From assembly GCA_036728705.1 (NCBI GenBank), contig DAIMTK010000010.1, positions 3,541 to 67,540 on the forward strand: a stretch of 64,000 nt of DNA, in the 5' to 3' direction. The notes under the pieces are model-generated. The model had not been told where the DNA came from and searched no databases. It saw only the letters and a program-made list of their open reading frames with translations. Shown here in pieces: positions 39,155 through 48,814 of this stretch. Position numbers and translations under genes: made by a program. Each line of letters begins with the position of its first letter. Position 1 is the first letter of the stretch. The DNA is from Kosmotogaceae bacterium (GTDB lineage Bacteria; Thermotogota; Thermotogae; Petrotogales; Kosmotogaceae).

Positions 39155-39183
39155 ATTATAGCACACAATTCCCAGAAATCCAA
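39155..39183 (-). promoter_or_regulatory. sigma70-type promoter with extended -10
   Basis: On the minus strand: TTGGAT-N17-TATAAT, with an extended -10 (TGc) directly upstream of the -10 box. Confidence 0.6.
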
Positions 39184-39426
39184 AGCCAAATCCTAAAAGA
39201 TATTGAATTCGACTTTACTGTTTATGGCGTTATTTTGTCAGCAACTAAATAAACTCAATCGCAACCGGTGTTTTTCGCCAACTCATTTTTCTGGAGAGAC
39301 CCGAGAAAATTCAGGCTTGTCTTACTAAGACGCCACCTCAGGAAGATTTTTCATCATATTTGGGAATCATCGAGACTCATCACCCTTCAACAGGCGTAAT
39401 CGTAATTGATAACGCAAAACAATATA

Positions 39427-39458
39427 TGATAATATCAAAATGACTTTGATAGTATCAA
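39427..39458 (+). promoter_or_regulatory. two tandem palindromic operator-like sites
   Basis: TGATAaTATCA (39427..39437) and TTGATAgTATCAA (39446..39458), centres 20 bp apart. They overlap a possible TTGATA-N16-GATAAT promoter. Confidence 0.5.
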
Positions 39459-39462
39459 ATTC

Positions 39463-39474
39463 CGAATCGATTCG
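39463..39474 (+). promoter_or_regulatory. perfect 12-nt palindrome
   Basis: CGAATCGATTCG, 30 nt upstream of the dehydratase ATG. Confidence 0.35.
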
Positions 39475-39503
39475 TGACTTGAATCTGAATTAAGGAGAGT
39501 TCT

Positions 39504-41144
39504 ATGGGAGAAAAGCTGGAAAGCCTACCTAGATTTACTCGAGCGCTGATAAAGAGCCATTTAATTGCATGCGGCTTCTCATACGAGGATAGTGAGAAAC
39601 CTATCATTGGTATCGTTAACTCTTGGAATGAATTCAATCACGGCCACATACCACAAAGGGAGCTTGCAGAGAAGGTAAAGGATGGCGTCAGGGCCAGGGG
39701 CGGACTTCCACTCGAATTCAACACAATTGGTCCATGTGATGCACTGGCTCAGGGATATGAGGCAATGGATTTCATTCTTCCCAGTAGAGAAGTAATAGCA
39801 GATTCTATAGAGGCTATGGTCCTGTCACAGAACGTTGTTGACGGTCTGGTATTCATCTCTTCGTGTGACAAGATTACGCCCGGAATGCTTATGGCAGCTC
39901 TAAGACTGGATATTCCTGCTATCCATATCTGTAGTGGAACATGTACTCCGGCGATAACTTTTGCAGAATCCAAAAAGATAAGAAATGATTTCCTAACCGG
40001 AAGGATATCCGAAAGAGAGCTCGCTGAAGGCAATGCAAGGCTCTATCCACAACCTGGGATCTGTCCTTATATAGGAACTGCACAATCTATGAATTGTGTT
40101 GCTGAGGCTCTTGGTCTCGCACTACCAGGTTCTGCCGCCTGCCCTTCCTGCACGAATGAAAGGGCCGCTTATGCAATCAGGACGGGGGAAACAATCGTAA
40201 CCGTTGCAGAGAAAAAGCTTAAGCCGTCCTCCTTCATAACCAAAGAATCCTTTGACAACGCTCTAAGAGTCATGGCTGCACTTGCGGCTTCAATGAATCA
40301 TCTTCTTCACGTACCGGCTATAGCAAACGAAATAGGTATAAAGATAGACTTTGACTACATAGGTCAGATCAACTCGAACACTCCACAGCTGTGTACAGTA
40401 AATCCAAACGGAGAGTACTCGATGGCGGATTTTGCCCGCGCAGGAGGAGTTCCGGCAGTGATAAAGCAGCTCGGTCATTTGATCAATGTCGACAGCAGGA
40501 ATGTCGAGGAAAAGACAATGGCAGAAATCGCCGATAAAGCAATCGTAGCAGACGAAAGAATTATAAAGCCATCTTCCGATCCCGTCAGCCCAATGGGTGG
40601 GATTGTCATTCTCAAAGGGAACATCGCGAAGAACGGGGCAGTTGTGAAGAGATCAACTGTGCCATCCGGAATGATGAAGTTCTCCGGACCAGTCAGGGTC
40701 TTCGACGGCGAAGAAGAAGCCACTGACGCTATTGAAAGAGGCTCGATCAGAGAGGGAGACATAGTGGTGATAAGGTATGTCGGACCGAAAGGAGGTCCGG
40801 GGATGAGAGAGCTTCACAGAGTGGCCGGAGCTCTGAAAAGTGTTGGAGAAAAAGTGGCCGTGGTTACTGAAGGAAGATTCTCCGGAGCCACGGGAGGACT
40901 CGCCGTAGGTTATCTTGGGCCGGAGTCAGCTGAGGGTGGAGAGATAGGAGTTCTAAGAGATGGAGATATTCTGGAGATAAACATCACGGAAAAGACCATA
41001 AACGCGAGATTATCGGATTCCGAAATAGCCGACAGACTTTCTTGTTTCGTGCCGAAGAGCAACACCGGAAGAGCGAAGTTGCTAGACGAATACGCTAGAA
41101 GAGTCGGTCCCGTTAATACAGGCGCGGTAAGGTTGTCTGACTGA
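39504..41144 (+). CDS. IlvD/Edd family dehydratase (dihydroxy-acid or sugar-acid dehydratase)
   Basis: PIIGIVNSWNEFNHGH, SCDKITPGMLMA, Fe-S Cys context (ICPYIGTAQSMN), and VTEGRFSGATGG. Confidence 0.9.
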   Translation: MGEKLESLPRFTRALIKSHLIACGFSYEDSEKPIIGIVNSWNEFNHGHIPQRELAEKVKDGVRARGGLPLEFNTIGPCDALAQGYEAMDFILPSREVIADSIEAMVLSQNVVDGLVFISSCDKITPGMLMAALRLDIPAIHICSGTCTPAITFAESKKIRNDFLTGRISERELAEGNARLYPQPGICPYIGTAQSMNCVAEALGLALPGSAACPSCTNERAAYAIRTGETIVTVAEKKLKPSSFITKESFDNALRVMAALAASMNHLLHVPAIANEIGIKIDFDYIGQINSNTPQLCTVNPNGEYSMADFARAGGVPAVIKQLGHLINVDSRNVEEKTMAEIADKAIVADERIIKPSSDPVSPMGGIVILKGNIAKNGAVVKRSTVPSGMMKFSGPVRVFDGEEEATDAIERGSIREGDIVVIRYVGPKGGPGMRELHRVAGALKSVGEKVAVVTEGRFSGATGGLAVGYLGPESAEGGEIGVLRDGDILEINITEKTINARLSDSEIADRLSCFVPKSNTGRAKLLDEYARRVGPVNTGAVRLSD

Positions 41145-41190
41145 CATATTGCTCTTTGTTCTAAATACGATTCAATTCAGGAGGTAGAAA

Positions 41191-42090
41191 ATGAAAGCGA
41201 AGGACTTTGTTGGTATTATCCCACCCGTGTTATCTTCCTTCACGACTGATGGAAAGATATATGAGAAGGGAATGCGAGAAATAATAAGATTCACTCTCCC
41301 TCATGTAGACGGGTACTATCCAATCGGCACTTACGGATGCGGACCTTTGATGTCGATAGATGAGAGAAAGAAGGCTCTCGAAATAATTCTTGACGAAGTG
41401 AACGGCAAAGTACCAGTAGTAGCTCATGTAGGTACTGCCGATACGTTAACAACAGTTGAACTGGCCAAGCATGCAAAAGTTGCCGGAGCCCAGGGTGTTG
41501 GCGCAATCTCTCCCTACTATTCTCCGCATCTTCCGGAAAACAGTCTCTTTGCACATTTCGCGGCACTTGTCGATGCGGTGAATGAAGAGGATTTCCCGGT
41601 GTATATCTATAACAACCCTCATCTTTCACAGAACACCATCACTCCTTCTCTTCTCAAGAGGCTCGCAGCACACGGTCTAAGAGGATTAAAAGACAGCTCT
41701 TTTGATCTTGTGAACTTTTACTTCTTTCAGGACGCAGTGAAAGAGTATCCAGATTTCAACGTAATAATCGGAACCGAAGCAATTTTCGTTGGAGCTTTCG
41801 ATGCGGGTGCAACTGGTTGTGTGTGCGGTATGGCTAACATTTATCCGGAATTGCTGGCAGACATATACAGGGCTTTTGCTGATGGTAATAGAGAGGAAGC
41901 TCAGAGACTTCAAAGGGTCATTCTGGCAATTCGACAGATAACCAAACTCGGGCCGACAGTCCCCATAATGCACGCAATACTTAGAGCCAGAGGGATAGAT
42001 GCCGGTTATTCGAGAAGTCCTTATGTAGATGTTGATGATAGATTGCTTCAGAAAGTGCTCGGCAGTTTGAAAGATCTCGGTTTGCTCTAA
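41191..42090 (+). CDS. DapA/NAL family class I aldolase (dihydrodipicolinate synthase family, 2-keto-3-deoxy-acid aldolase-like)
   Basis: GYYPIGTYGCGP, VVAHVGT, YYSPH, IYNNP and LKDSS (Schiff-base Lys). Confidence 0.85.
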   Translation: MKAKDFVGIIPPVLSSFTTDGKIYEKGMREIIRFTLPHVDGYYPIGTYGCGPLMSIDERKKALEIILDEVNGKVPVVAHVGTADTLTTVELAKHAKVAGAQGVGAISPYYSPHLPENSLFAHFAALVDAVNEEDFPVYIYNNPHLSQNTITPSLLKRLAAHGLRGLKDSSFDLVNFYFFQDAVKEYPDFNVIIGTEAIFVGAFDAGATGCVCGMANIYPELLADIYRAFADGNREEAQRLQRVILAIRQITKLGPTVPIMHAILRARGIDAGYSRSPYVDVDDRLLQKVLGSLKDLGLL

Positions 42091-42168
42091 GAAATGTTAT
42101 AAACCTCTTTCTGTACCGTTCGGGGGGGTAAGCAGAAGACAGGCAAAAAAACTAAGGAGGAAAAGGCT

Positions 42169-43161
42169 ATGAAAAGAACAGGTGTTTTTGCGATCGGGTT
42201 AGTTCTGGTTCTTCTACTGGCAACGGTAGCACTTTCAGGTAATTCCTTGAACCTTGACAAGAACGCTCTTGAAGGCAAGAAGATAGGGTTCGTGCAGTTG
42301 ACCCTGGGTACCACATACCACGCTGCAATGAGCGACAGATTTGCGGAACTCGCAAAGGAATATGGAGCAACTTTCAATCAGGTAGTAAGCGCCAACAGAA
42401 GCGCAGCCGAGCAGCTGGCTCTTGCTGAAGACTTGATTGCTAAGGGTGTACAGGTCCTGATTCTGAATCCCGTGGGCGACGAAATAGTCCCATCCGTGGC
42501 CGCTCTATGTGCGCAGAAGAATGTACCGATGTTCTGTGTTGACAACACAAGTCCTGGCGATGGTTACGTTTACGTTGGAATTGACAACTTCGCCATTGCC
42601 CGTGCTATCGGTCGAATTCTTGCAGACTTCATGGGTGGTAAGGCAAAGATGGTCTATGTTAGAAGCACAGCAACAGATACCGGCTGTCCTGCCCTGAGAT
42701 TCGGTGGAATCATGGGTGGTATTTCTGATCAGGGTGAGATCAAGGGATACCAGCTCATCGACGAGAGATACGCGATAGTTGACGTGGGTGAATCTGAAGG
42801 CATGCTTCAGATGGAAGAACTCCTTGCCGCCAATCCGCAGATAGATGTCGTAATAGCTCATCACGACGCTCAGGCTCTCGGTGCGCTGACTGCAATCAGA
42901 AACGCAGGACGCAAAGATATAAAGCTAATCGTTGGATTTGACGGAGAACTGAGAATGCTCGAAGAGATCAAAGAGGCAAGAAATGGAAAGAATGGACCCG
43001 CTCTGGCAACTGGTCTGAACAGCCCAACAATGATAGCGGAAATAACATTACAGGCAATTAACGAACTCTTCCAGGGAAAGGAACTCAAGGACTGCTACTA
43101 TATTCCTGTAGTGGGAATAGCATACGACAACGTAGATGCTTACATGAGTTACGGATTCTGA
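42169..43161 (+). CDS. sugar ABC transporter substrate-binding protein (ribose/galactose PBP type I)
   Basis: Signal peptide. KIGFVQLTLGTTYHAAM..., periplasmic-binding-protein-1 layout. Confidence 0.85.
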   Translation: MKRTGVFAIGLVLVLLLATVALSGNSLNLDKNALEGKKIGFVQLTLGTTYHAAMSDRFAELAKEYGATFNQVVSANRSAAEQLALAEDLIAKGVQVLILNPVGDEIVPSVAALCAQKNVPMFCVDNTSPGDGYVYVGIDNFAIARAIGRILADFMGGKAKMVYVRSTATDTGCPALRFGGIMGGISDQGEIKGYQLIDERYAIVDVGESEGMLQMEELLAANPQIDVVIAHHDAQALGALTAIRNAGRKDIKLIVGFDGELRMLEEIKEARNGKNGPALATGLNSPTMIAEITLQAINELFQGKELKDCYYIPVVGIAYDNVDAYMSYGF

Positions 43162-43186
43162 TTACTGAACAAAACTCAGGTTGCTA

Positions 43187-43217
43187 CGGGGCGAAGTGTG
43201 GTTACCGCTTCGCCCCG
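43187..43217 (+). terminator. intercistronic hairpin after the SBP gene (partial terminator or mRNA stabiliser)
   Basis: CGGGGCGAAG / CTTCGCCCCG 10-bp stem with an 11-nt loop and a weak T-tract (CTTTATCT). Confidence 0.5.
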
Positions 43218-43246
43218 CTTTATCTGAAGAGTCCAGGGTGGTGCGA

Positions 43247-44224
43247 ATGAGAACAAAAGAGAAGATCAACGAAACTTCGACTAAAGGCTTTATACTGAAT
43301 CTGCTCTCGAAATACGACAAATATCTCATGCTCTTTCTGTTCGTTGTCATATCAGCGGCGATGTCGGACAAGTTCTTCACCAGCGAGAACCTTACCAACT
43401 TGCTCAAACAAAACGCCGCGATCGGCATCGTAGCTTTTGGAGAGTTGCTCGTAATACTCACAGGCGGAATAGATCTGTCCGTCGGCGCTACGGCCTCTCT
43501 CTCGGGTATTATGGTTGCGACATTCCTGAAAGACGGAATGGCGTGGCCGGTTGCATCATTGCTTGCAATAGGCGTGGGAAGCCTTGCCGGCCTTGCCAAC
43601 GGACTTGCAGTTACAGTTGCGAAAATAACGCCGTTCATAGTTACTCTGGCAAGCATGACAATCTATCAGGGTATAGGTCTTCTGATGTCTAAAGGCAGAC
43701 AGGTTTTCTTCAAGAATCCAGATTTTCTGGTAATGGGTCGGGAGTACTTTCTGGGAATTCCACTCGTTGCCTGGATATGGCTCGGCATAGCTGTCATAGT
43801 CGCAATATTCCTTGGCAAGACCATCTTTGGAAGGTTCATCAGAGGTATCGGTGGAAACAAAGAGGCGGTGAGACTGGCAGGGATAAGCACAGTTTTTTAT
43901 GAGACGATGGCCTACACTCTGTCTGGAGCTCTGGCCGGCGTTGCCGGTGTAATAATGACGTCAAGACTAACTCTGGGAACGAATGTGCTGGGACAGGGCT
44001 GGGAACTGATAGCTATCGCCTCCGTAATGGTCGGCGGAGGAAACTTCATTGGAGGAATAGGTTCGGTCGGTGGAACAGTCGTGGGAGTCATAATACTTGG
44101 ACTCATAGGCAATATCATGAATCTTCTTGGGATTTCTATTTACTGGCAGCAGATAATCCGCGGACTGATAATACTACTTGCGGTCTTCAGCAGCAGTAGA
44201 AAACGATCGGGAGCCGCAGCTTAG
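43247..44224 (+). CDS. sugar ABC transporter permease (RbsC-like)
   Basis: Multi-TM protein with GGIDLSVGA and GGNxxGG(I)GSVxGT motifs. ATG at 43247 (MRTKEKINE...). Confidence 0.9.
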   Translation: MRTKEKINETSTKGFILNLLSKYDKYLMLFLFVVISAAMSDKFFTSENLTNLLKQNAAIGIVAFGELLVILTGGIDLSVGATASLSGIMVATFLKDGMAWPVASLLAIGVGSLAGLANGLAVTVAKITPFIVTLASMTIYQGIGLLMSKGRQVFFKNPDFLVMGREYFLGIPLVAWIWLGIAVIVAIFLGKTIFGRFIRGIGGNKEAVRLAGISTVFYETMAYTLSGALAGVAGVIMTSRLTLGTNVLGQGWELIAIASVMVGGGNFIGGIGSVGGTVVGVIILGLIGNIMNLLGISIYWQQIIRGLIILLAVFSSSRKRSGAAA

Positions 44225-44238
44225 GGTTTGCAGGTGAA

Positions 44239-45003
44239 ATGATGATTGAGAAGAAGCTCGAAGGAAAAGTAGCTCTGATTACGGGCGCCGCACAGGGAAT
44301 AGGTAAGGCGATAGCGGAGCGTTTCGTTTGCGAAGGAGCAAGTGTGATAATAGCCGATCTGCTTCACGAGAAAGCAGAAAAGGTTGCCAAAGAACTGTCG
44401 AAGAATCAAAGGACACTGGCCGTGAAGACAGACGTTTCTCTGTCCAGAGATGTTGAAAACCTCTTTTCAATAGTAAGAAGAGAATTCGGAAGACTAGATA
44501 TACTCGTGAACAATGCCGGGATACTAATAAAGGGGCCATTTCTGGACATAACGGAGGAGATATGGGACAAAACGATGGCTGTAAACCTGAAAGGGCCCTT
44601 TCTTTGCAGCAAGTCGGCAGCGGAACTGATGAAAGGCACCGGGGGCGGTAGAATAATAAACATAACCTCTATCGACGGCGCCGTTGTCTATCACCACGGC
44701 CATCACGTTCCTTACGGCGTTTCGAAGGCAGGTCTGATAATGCTGACAAAGATTATGGCAGTCGAGCTGGCTCACTTCAACATTAACGTCAACGCCATCG
44801 CTCCCGGAGTAGTAAGAACGGAGATAGCGGCAGGCTCGATGAGCAATTCAGCTCACCTGGAAAAAGTCCTGGGTGAAATCCCTCTGGACAGACTCGCAGA
44901 TCCCGAAGAGATAACCGGAGCGGCCGTGTTTCTTTCGGGCTCAGATTCTTCGTACATGACCGGATCGACGATTTTCGTCGACGGTGGTTGGACTACTCAC
45001 TAA
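44239..45003 (+). CDS. SDR family oxidoreductase (FabG-like)
   Basis: TGAAQGIGKA, NNAG and YxxxK (YGVSKAG). Confidence 0.9.
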   Translation: MMIEKKLEGKVALITGAAQGIGKAIAERFVCEGASVIIADLLHEKAEKVAKELSKNQRTLAVKTDVSLSRDVENLFSIVRREFGRLDILVNNAGILIKGPFLDITEEIWDKTMAVNLKGPFLCSKSAAELMKGTGGGRIINITSIDGAVVYHHGHHVPYGVSKAGLIMLTKIMAVELAHFNINVNAIAPGVVRTEIAAGSMSNSAHLEKVLGEIPLDRLADPEEITGAAVFLSGSDSSYMTGSTIFVDGGWTTH

Positions 45004-45023
45004 CCGTTTCTGGAGGCGATCAT

Positions 45024-45725
45024 ATGTACATTGAGTTATCACACAGATTGGTAGAATCGCAGTGCATAGACGAGGTCTTGAACCTTCCGGGATTCAGTGT
45101 CGAGTGGAGATCTAGGTTCGGCGACGGCAGGAAGAAGTCCAATCAGACGAGCAGCGTAAAGATTTTTTCGCATCATGGAACTCATATTGATGTGCCTTCA
45201 CATGTCCATTCCAATGGTCTGATGATAAACGATTTCGATGCGAGTGATTTCATACTGGAGAGACCGGTATTCATAGAGTGCCCAAAAGGCGACAAAGAGA
45301 AGATATGCTCTAAAGACCTTGAAAGCCATGCCCAGATACTGGAAGGCGCCGATAGTCTCTTTGTATATACGGGGTTCAGTGAGTATCGCGGCAACAGAAA
45401 GAGATACATCGAGAGTTCTCCCTCCTTCTCGCAGGAGAGTCTAGAATATCTTCTGGAGAGCTTTCCGGACATAAGGTGTCTCGGTATGGATATCTTCAGC
45501 ATAGAGAATATCCCGGAGGGAAGAGTCCTTGAATGGCCCGTTCACAAATCCTTCCTGAAGCCCCACGAAAAGAGGTTTCTAATAGAAGACATGGATCTGA
45601 AACCACTTTCAGGAAGAAATCCAGAGATGGTTATTTCGATACCTTTGCTTCTCCCAAACGAGGGCTGCCCGGTGACTGTAGTTGCGCGGGTAGAAGATAA
45701 TACAGTTCAAGAAAGGGGGAATTGA
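45024..45725 (+). CDS. cyclase family protein (kynurenine-formamidase-like metal hydrolase)
   Basis: HHGTHIDVPSH metal-binding motif. ATG at 45024 behind GGAGG. Confidence 0.75.
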   Translation: MYIELSHRLVESQCIDEVLNLPGFSVEWRSRFGDGRKKSNQTSSVKIFSHHGTHIDVPSHVHSNGLMINDFDASDFILERPVFIECPKGDKEKICSKDLESHAQILEGADSLFVYTGFSEYRGNRKRYIESSPSFSQESLEYLLESFPDIRCLGMDIFSIENIPEGRVLEWPVHKSFLKPHEKRFLIEDMDLKPLSGRNPEMVISIPLLLPNEGCPVTVVARVEDNTVQERGN

Positions 45726-45726
45726 G

Positions 45727-47220
45727 TTGCCCTATCTTCAGATGAAAGAGATAACAAAGACCTTTCCCGGAGTGAAGGCTCTTGATAGAGTCAGTTTCGA
45801 TCTTGAGCTCGGAGAAATACACACTCTTGTCGGAGAAAACGGCGCCGGAAAGAGTACGTTGATAAAAGTCCTTTCAGGCGCACATAAGAGAGATAGCGGT
45901 ACTATCGAGATAAACGGAAGGAACGTCCACATATCTTCACCGCATGACGCAATTCACCATGGTATATACACTGTACAACAGCACTTCAGTCTCCAGCCGA
46001 ACATGACCGTGGCGGAAAACATAAAGTTCGGAAACTACGGTATGCCAAAGAGCATCTTGATAAACTGGAAGAATCTCTTTCGAGAGGCCGCCGCCTTTCT
46101 AAAAGAAATAGGCTTTGAAGACATAGATGTTTCAAAGAATGTCTGCGAATTGAGTGTTGCAGAGGGGCAGAAAATCGAGATCGCAAAGGCTCTTTATAGA
46201 AAGCCGAAAATTCTTATTATGGATGAACCTTCAGCTGTTCTGCCGAAGAATGATCTCGAGAGGCTTCATTCGATAATGCAGAGAATGAAGAAAGATATTG
46301 GAATAATCTATATATCTCACCACTTTGAAGAGATATTCAGTATCAGCGACAGGATATCGGTACTTAAAGACGGAAGAAACGTTGACACGATTCTGCCGTC
46401 AGAGATCGATAACGACGGCCTCGTAAGACTTATGGTCGGAAGAGAGATAGGAGACATGTATCCTTCCAGGCGCGAATCACAGACAGACGAAGTTGTTCTT
46501 AAGGTAAATGGCCTATCGACAAACAAGCTTCATGACCTGAGTTTCGAATTGAAAAAGGGAGAGATTCTCGGTATTGCCGGATTGATGGGAGCCGGCAGAA
46601 CGGAACTGTGCGAAGCGATATTTGGGCTCAGCAATTGCTCCGGGACGATAAAGCTCAACGGCAAGAGCATAAACAACAGGAACCCCGCGAGGGCAATTTC
46701 GAATGGCTTCGGTTTCGTCACAGAGGACAGGCACGGAACGGGCCTTGTGCTGCCGATGTCAGTGAAGAATAACATCTCTCTGGCCGGTCATCGCAAGATC
46801 TGCAACCTCCGCTTCGTAAACACCAAGAAAGACAGGTCGGCTGCCAATGAGTATATAGAGAAACTGAAGATCGCAACACCCTCCATGACACAACTCGTGG
46901 AATACCTGAGCGGAGGCAACCAGCAGAAAGTTGTTCTTGCCAAATGGCTTTTCAACGGAGCTAAAGTGCTGCTGCTTGATGAACCTACACGGGGAATAGA
47001 CGTTGGAACCAAGGCCGAAATCTATCGCCTGATGAAGCGCCTTACCGAAGACGGCATGTCAATAATCATGGTATCTTCCGAGTTGCCCGAAATAATCGGC
47101 ATGAGTGATCGAATCATTGTCATGCACAAGGGAAGAATTACCGGAGAGCTAATGCCCGGTAAGACTTCAGAAGAAGAGATTCTCTCATACGCAGCGGGAC
47201 TTAAAGATATCGTTTCCTGA
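45727..47220 (+). CDS. sugar ABC transporter ATP-binding protein, fused double cassette (RbsA/MglA-like)
   Basis: Two nucleotide-binding domains: GENGAGKST ... IMDEPSA, and GLMGAGRTE ... LSGGNQQK ... LLLDEPTRGID. Confidence 0.95.
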   Translation: MPYLQMKEITKTFPGVKALDRVSFDLELGEIHTLVGENGAGKSTLIKVLSGAHKRDSGTIEINGRNVHISSPHDAIHHGIYTVQQHFSLQPNMTVAENIKFGNYGMPKSILINWKNLFREAAAFLKEIGFEDIDVSKNVCELSVAEGQKIEIAKALYRKPKILIMDEPSAVLPKNDLERLHSIMQRMKKDIGIIYISHHFEEIFSISDRISVLKDGRNVDTILPSEIDNDGLVRLMVGREIGDMYPSRRESQTDEVVLKVNGLSTNKLHDLSFELKKGEILGIAGLMGAGRTELCEAIFGLSNCSGTIKLNGKSINNRNPARAISNGFGFVTEDRHGTGLVLPMSVKNNISLAGHRKICNLRFVNTKKDRSAANEYIEKLKIATPSMTQLVEYLSGGNQQKVVLAKWLFNGAKVLLLDEPTRGIDVGTKAEIYRLMKRLTEDGMSIIMVSSELPEIIGMSDRIIVMHKGRITGELMPGKTSEEEILSYAAGLKDIVS

Positions 47221-47239
47221 GAGCAGAGTGGAGGCAAAA

Positions 47240-48775
47240 ATGAGATATATACTCACGCACGACCTTGGAACTACAACCGATAAGGCCTGCATATTCGATG
47301 AGAACATGAATCTGGTTGCCAGCCAGCTGGAGAACTACAGAACCTACTATCCTCAGGATGGAAAGGCCTTTCAGCGTCCGGAAGACTGGTGGCAGACCCT
47401 GTGTAGAACAACATCGAGACTGCTGGACAAGACCGGGATTTCTCGTGAAGATATAGTTGCTATCGGTTGCAGCGGCCATTCCCCAAGCATGGTCCCTGTA
47501 GGAAGAGACGGCGAACTCCTGCTTGAGGAGATTCCCATATACTCTGATCTCAGCGCGAGAAGACAGGTCGAGGCCTTCATGTACGAACTGCCCTCAAGAG
47601 AGTTCTACAATCTGACCGGCGCCGGCCAGGTGCCTGAACAGTACTCACTCTTCAAAATAATGGCCTTCCGCGATGAAAGACCGGAGGAATTCGGAAAAAC
47701 CGCGAAAGTTTTGAACACCGTTGACTACCTTGTCTATCGCATGACGGGAACAGCGAAGACGGATTACTCTCAGGCGTGCAACACCGGTGCGCTCGACATA
47801 AGAGAGAGAAAGTGGTGTGACAGAATACTTCGGGCCGCAGGAATACCCGAAGAGCTTATGCCCGAATTGACGGAAGCTTCATCCATCGCGGGCCTATTAT
47901 CTGAGAGAGCTTCGATCGAAATCGGACTCCGTCAGGGAACTCCTGTAGTCATGGGAGGGGGTGACGTACCCTGTGCTGCAGCAGGAGCGGGTACCATCAA
48001 AGAGGGTGTCTCTTACATATGCCTTGGCTCGGCCGCATGGATGGGCTTTTTCTCCAGACTTCCTGTGCTTGATTATGATTCAAGGCTGGTCAACTACTGT
48101 CATATTGTTCCCGGCGGCTATGCACTGCAGTACCAGATGACCGGGGCCGGCATATGCTATCAGTGGCTCAGAGACGCAATATACAGATATAACAGGTCGG
48201 CTGAAAGTAACGAGACGAGCAAAAGCGAGTTTGAAGCAATGAACGAAGAAGCAATCTCCAGCGTAATCGGTGCCCGCAAGTTGATCTTCCTTCCGTTTAT
48301 GCGTGGAATATGGGCAGGGGAGACAAACCCTGACGCCCGGGGTGTTCTCTTCGGCCTTAACCTGACAAACAACGTTGGAGACATCTATCGTGCCGCCATA
48401 GAGGGTATGGGATTTGGATTGAAAGAGATAATGGATTCCTTCTCCAGTCAGGGATACAGCTCAGATCAAGTGAGGGTTATCGGAGGTTGCGCAAAGTCGC
48501 CTTTGTGGAGGCAGATACTTGCCGACATATCTGGTAAGGAAGTTCTATGCCCGTCAGTCGTTCAGGAGGCGGGTTCGCTAGGCGTGGCTGTTGCTGCCGG
48601 AGTTGGAGCGGGTATTCTGGAAGGGTTTGAAGATCTGGACAGGATAATCTCGATAGAGAGCGTTGCGCTTCCGGACTGGAAGAACCACGAAAAATACAGA
48701 GAGTACTATGAGATCTTCCTTGAAGTCAAGAAAAACCTTTCAGGGGTATTTGAAAAACTCGCTTCAATTGGATAA
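47240..48775 (+). CDS. FGGY family carbohydrate kinase (xylulokinase/glycerol-kinase-like)
   Basis: ILTHDLGTTTDKA N-terminus and GGGD, GGCAKS motifs. ATG at 47240 behind GGAGG. Confidence 0.9.
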   Translation: MRYILTHDLGTTTDKACIFDENMNLVASQLENYRTYYPQDGKAFQRPEDWWQTLCRTTSRLLDKTGISREDIVAIGCSGHSPSMVPVGRDGELLLEEIPIYSDLSARRQVEAFMYELPSREFYNLTGAGQVPEQYSLFKIMAFRDERPEEFGKTAKVLNTVDYLVYRMTGTAKTDYSQACNTGALDIRERKWCDRILRAAGIPEELMPELTEASSIAGLLSERASIEIGLRQGTPVVMGGGDVPCAAAGAGTIKEGVSYICLGSAAWMGFFSRLPVLDYDSRLVNYCHIVPGGYALQYQMTGAGICYQWLRDAIYRYNRSAESNETSKSEFEAMNEEAISSVIGARKLIFLPFMRGIWAGETNPDARGVLFGLNLTNNVGDIYRAAIEGMGFGLKEIMDSFSSQGYSSDQVRVIGGCAKSPLWRQILADISGKEVLCPSVVQEAGSLGVAVAAGVGAGILEGFEDLDRIISIESVALPDWKNHEKYREYYEIFLEVKKNLSGVFEKLASIG

Positions 48776-48814
48776 AATGAGATATCTGTAAAGCTGGAAG
48801 AAGGTATATAAACT

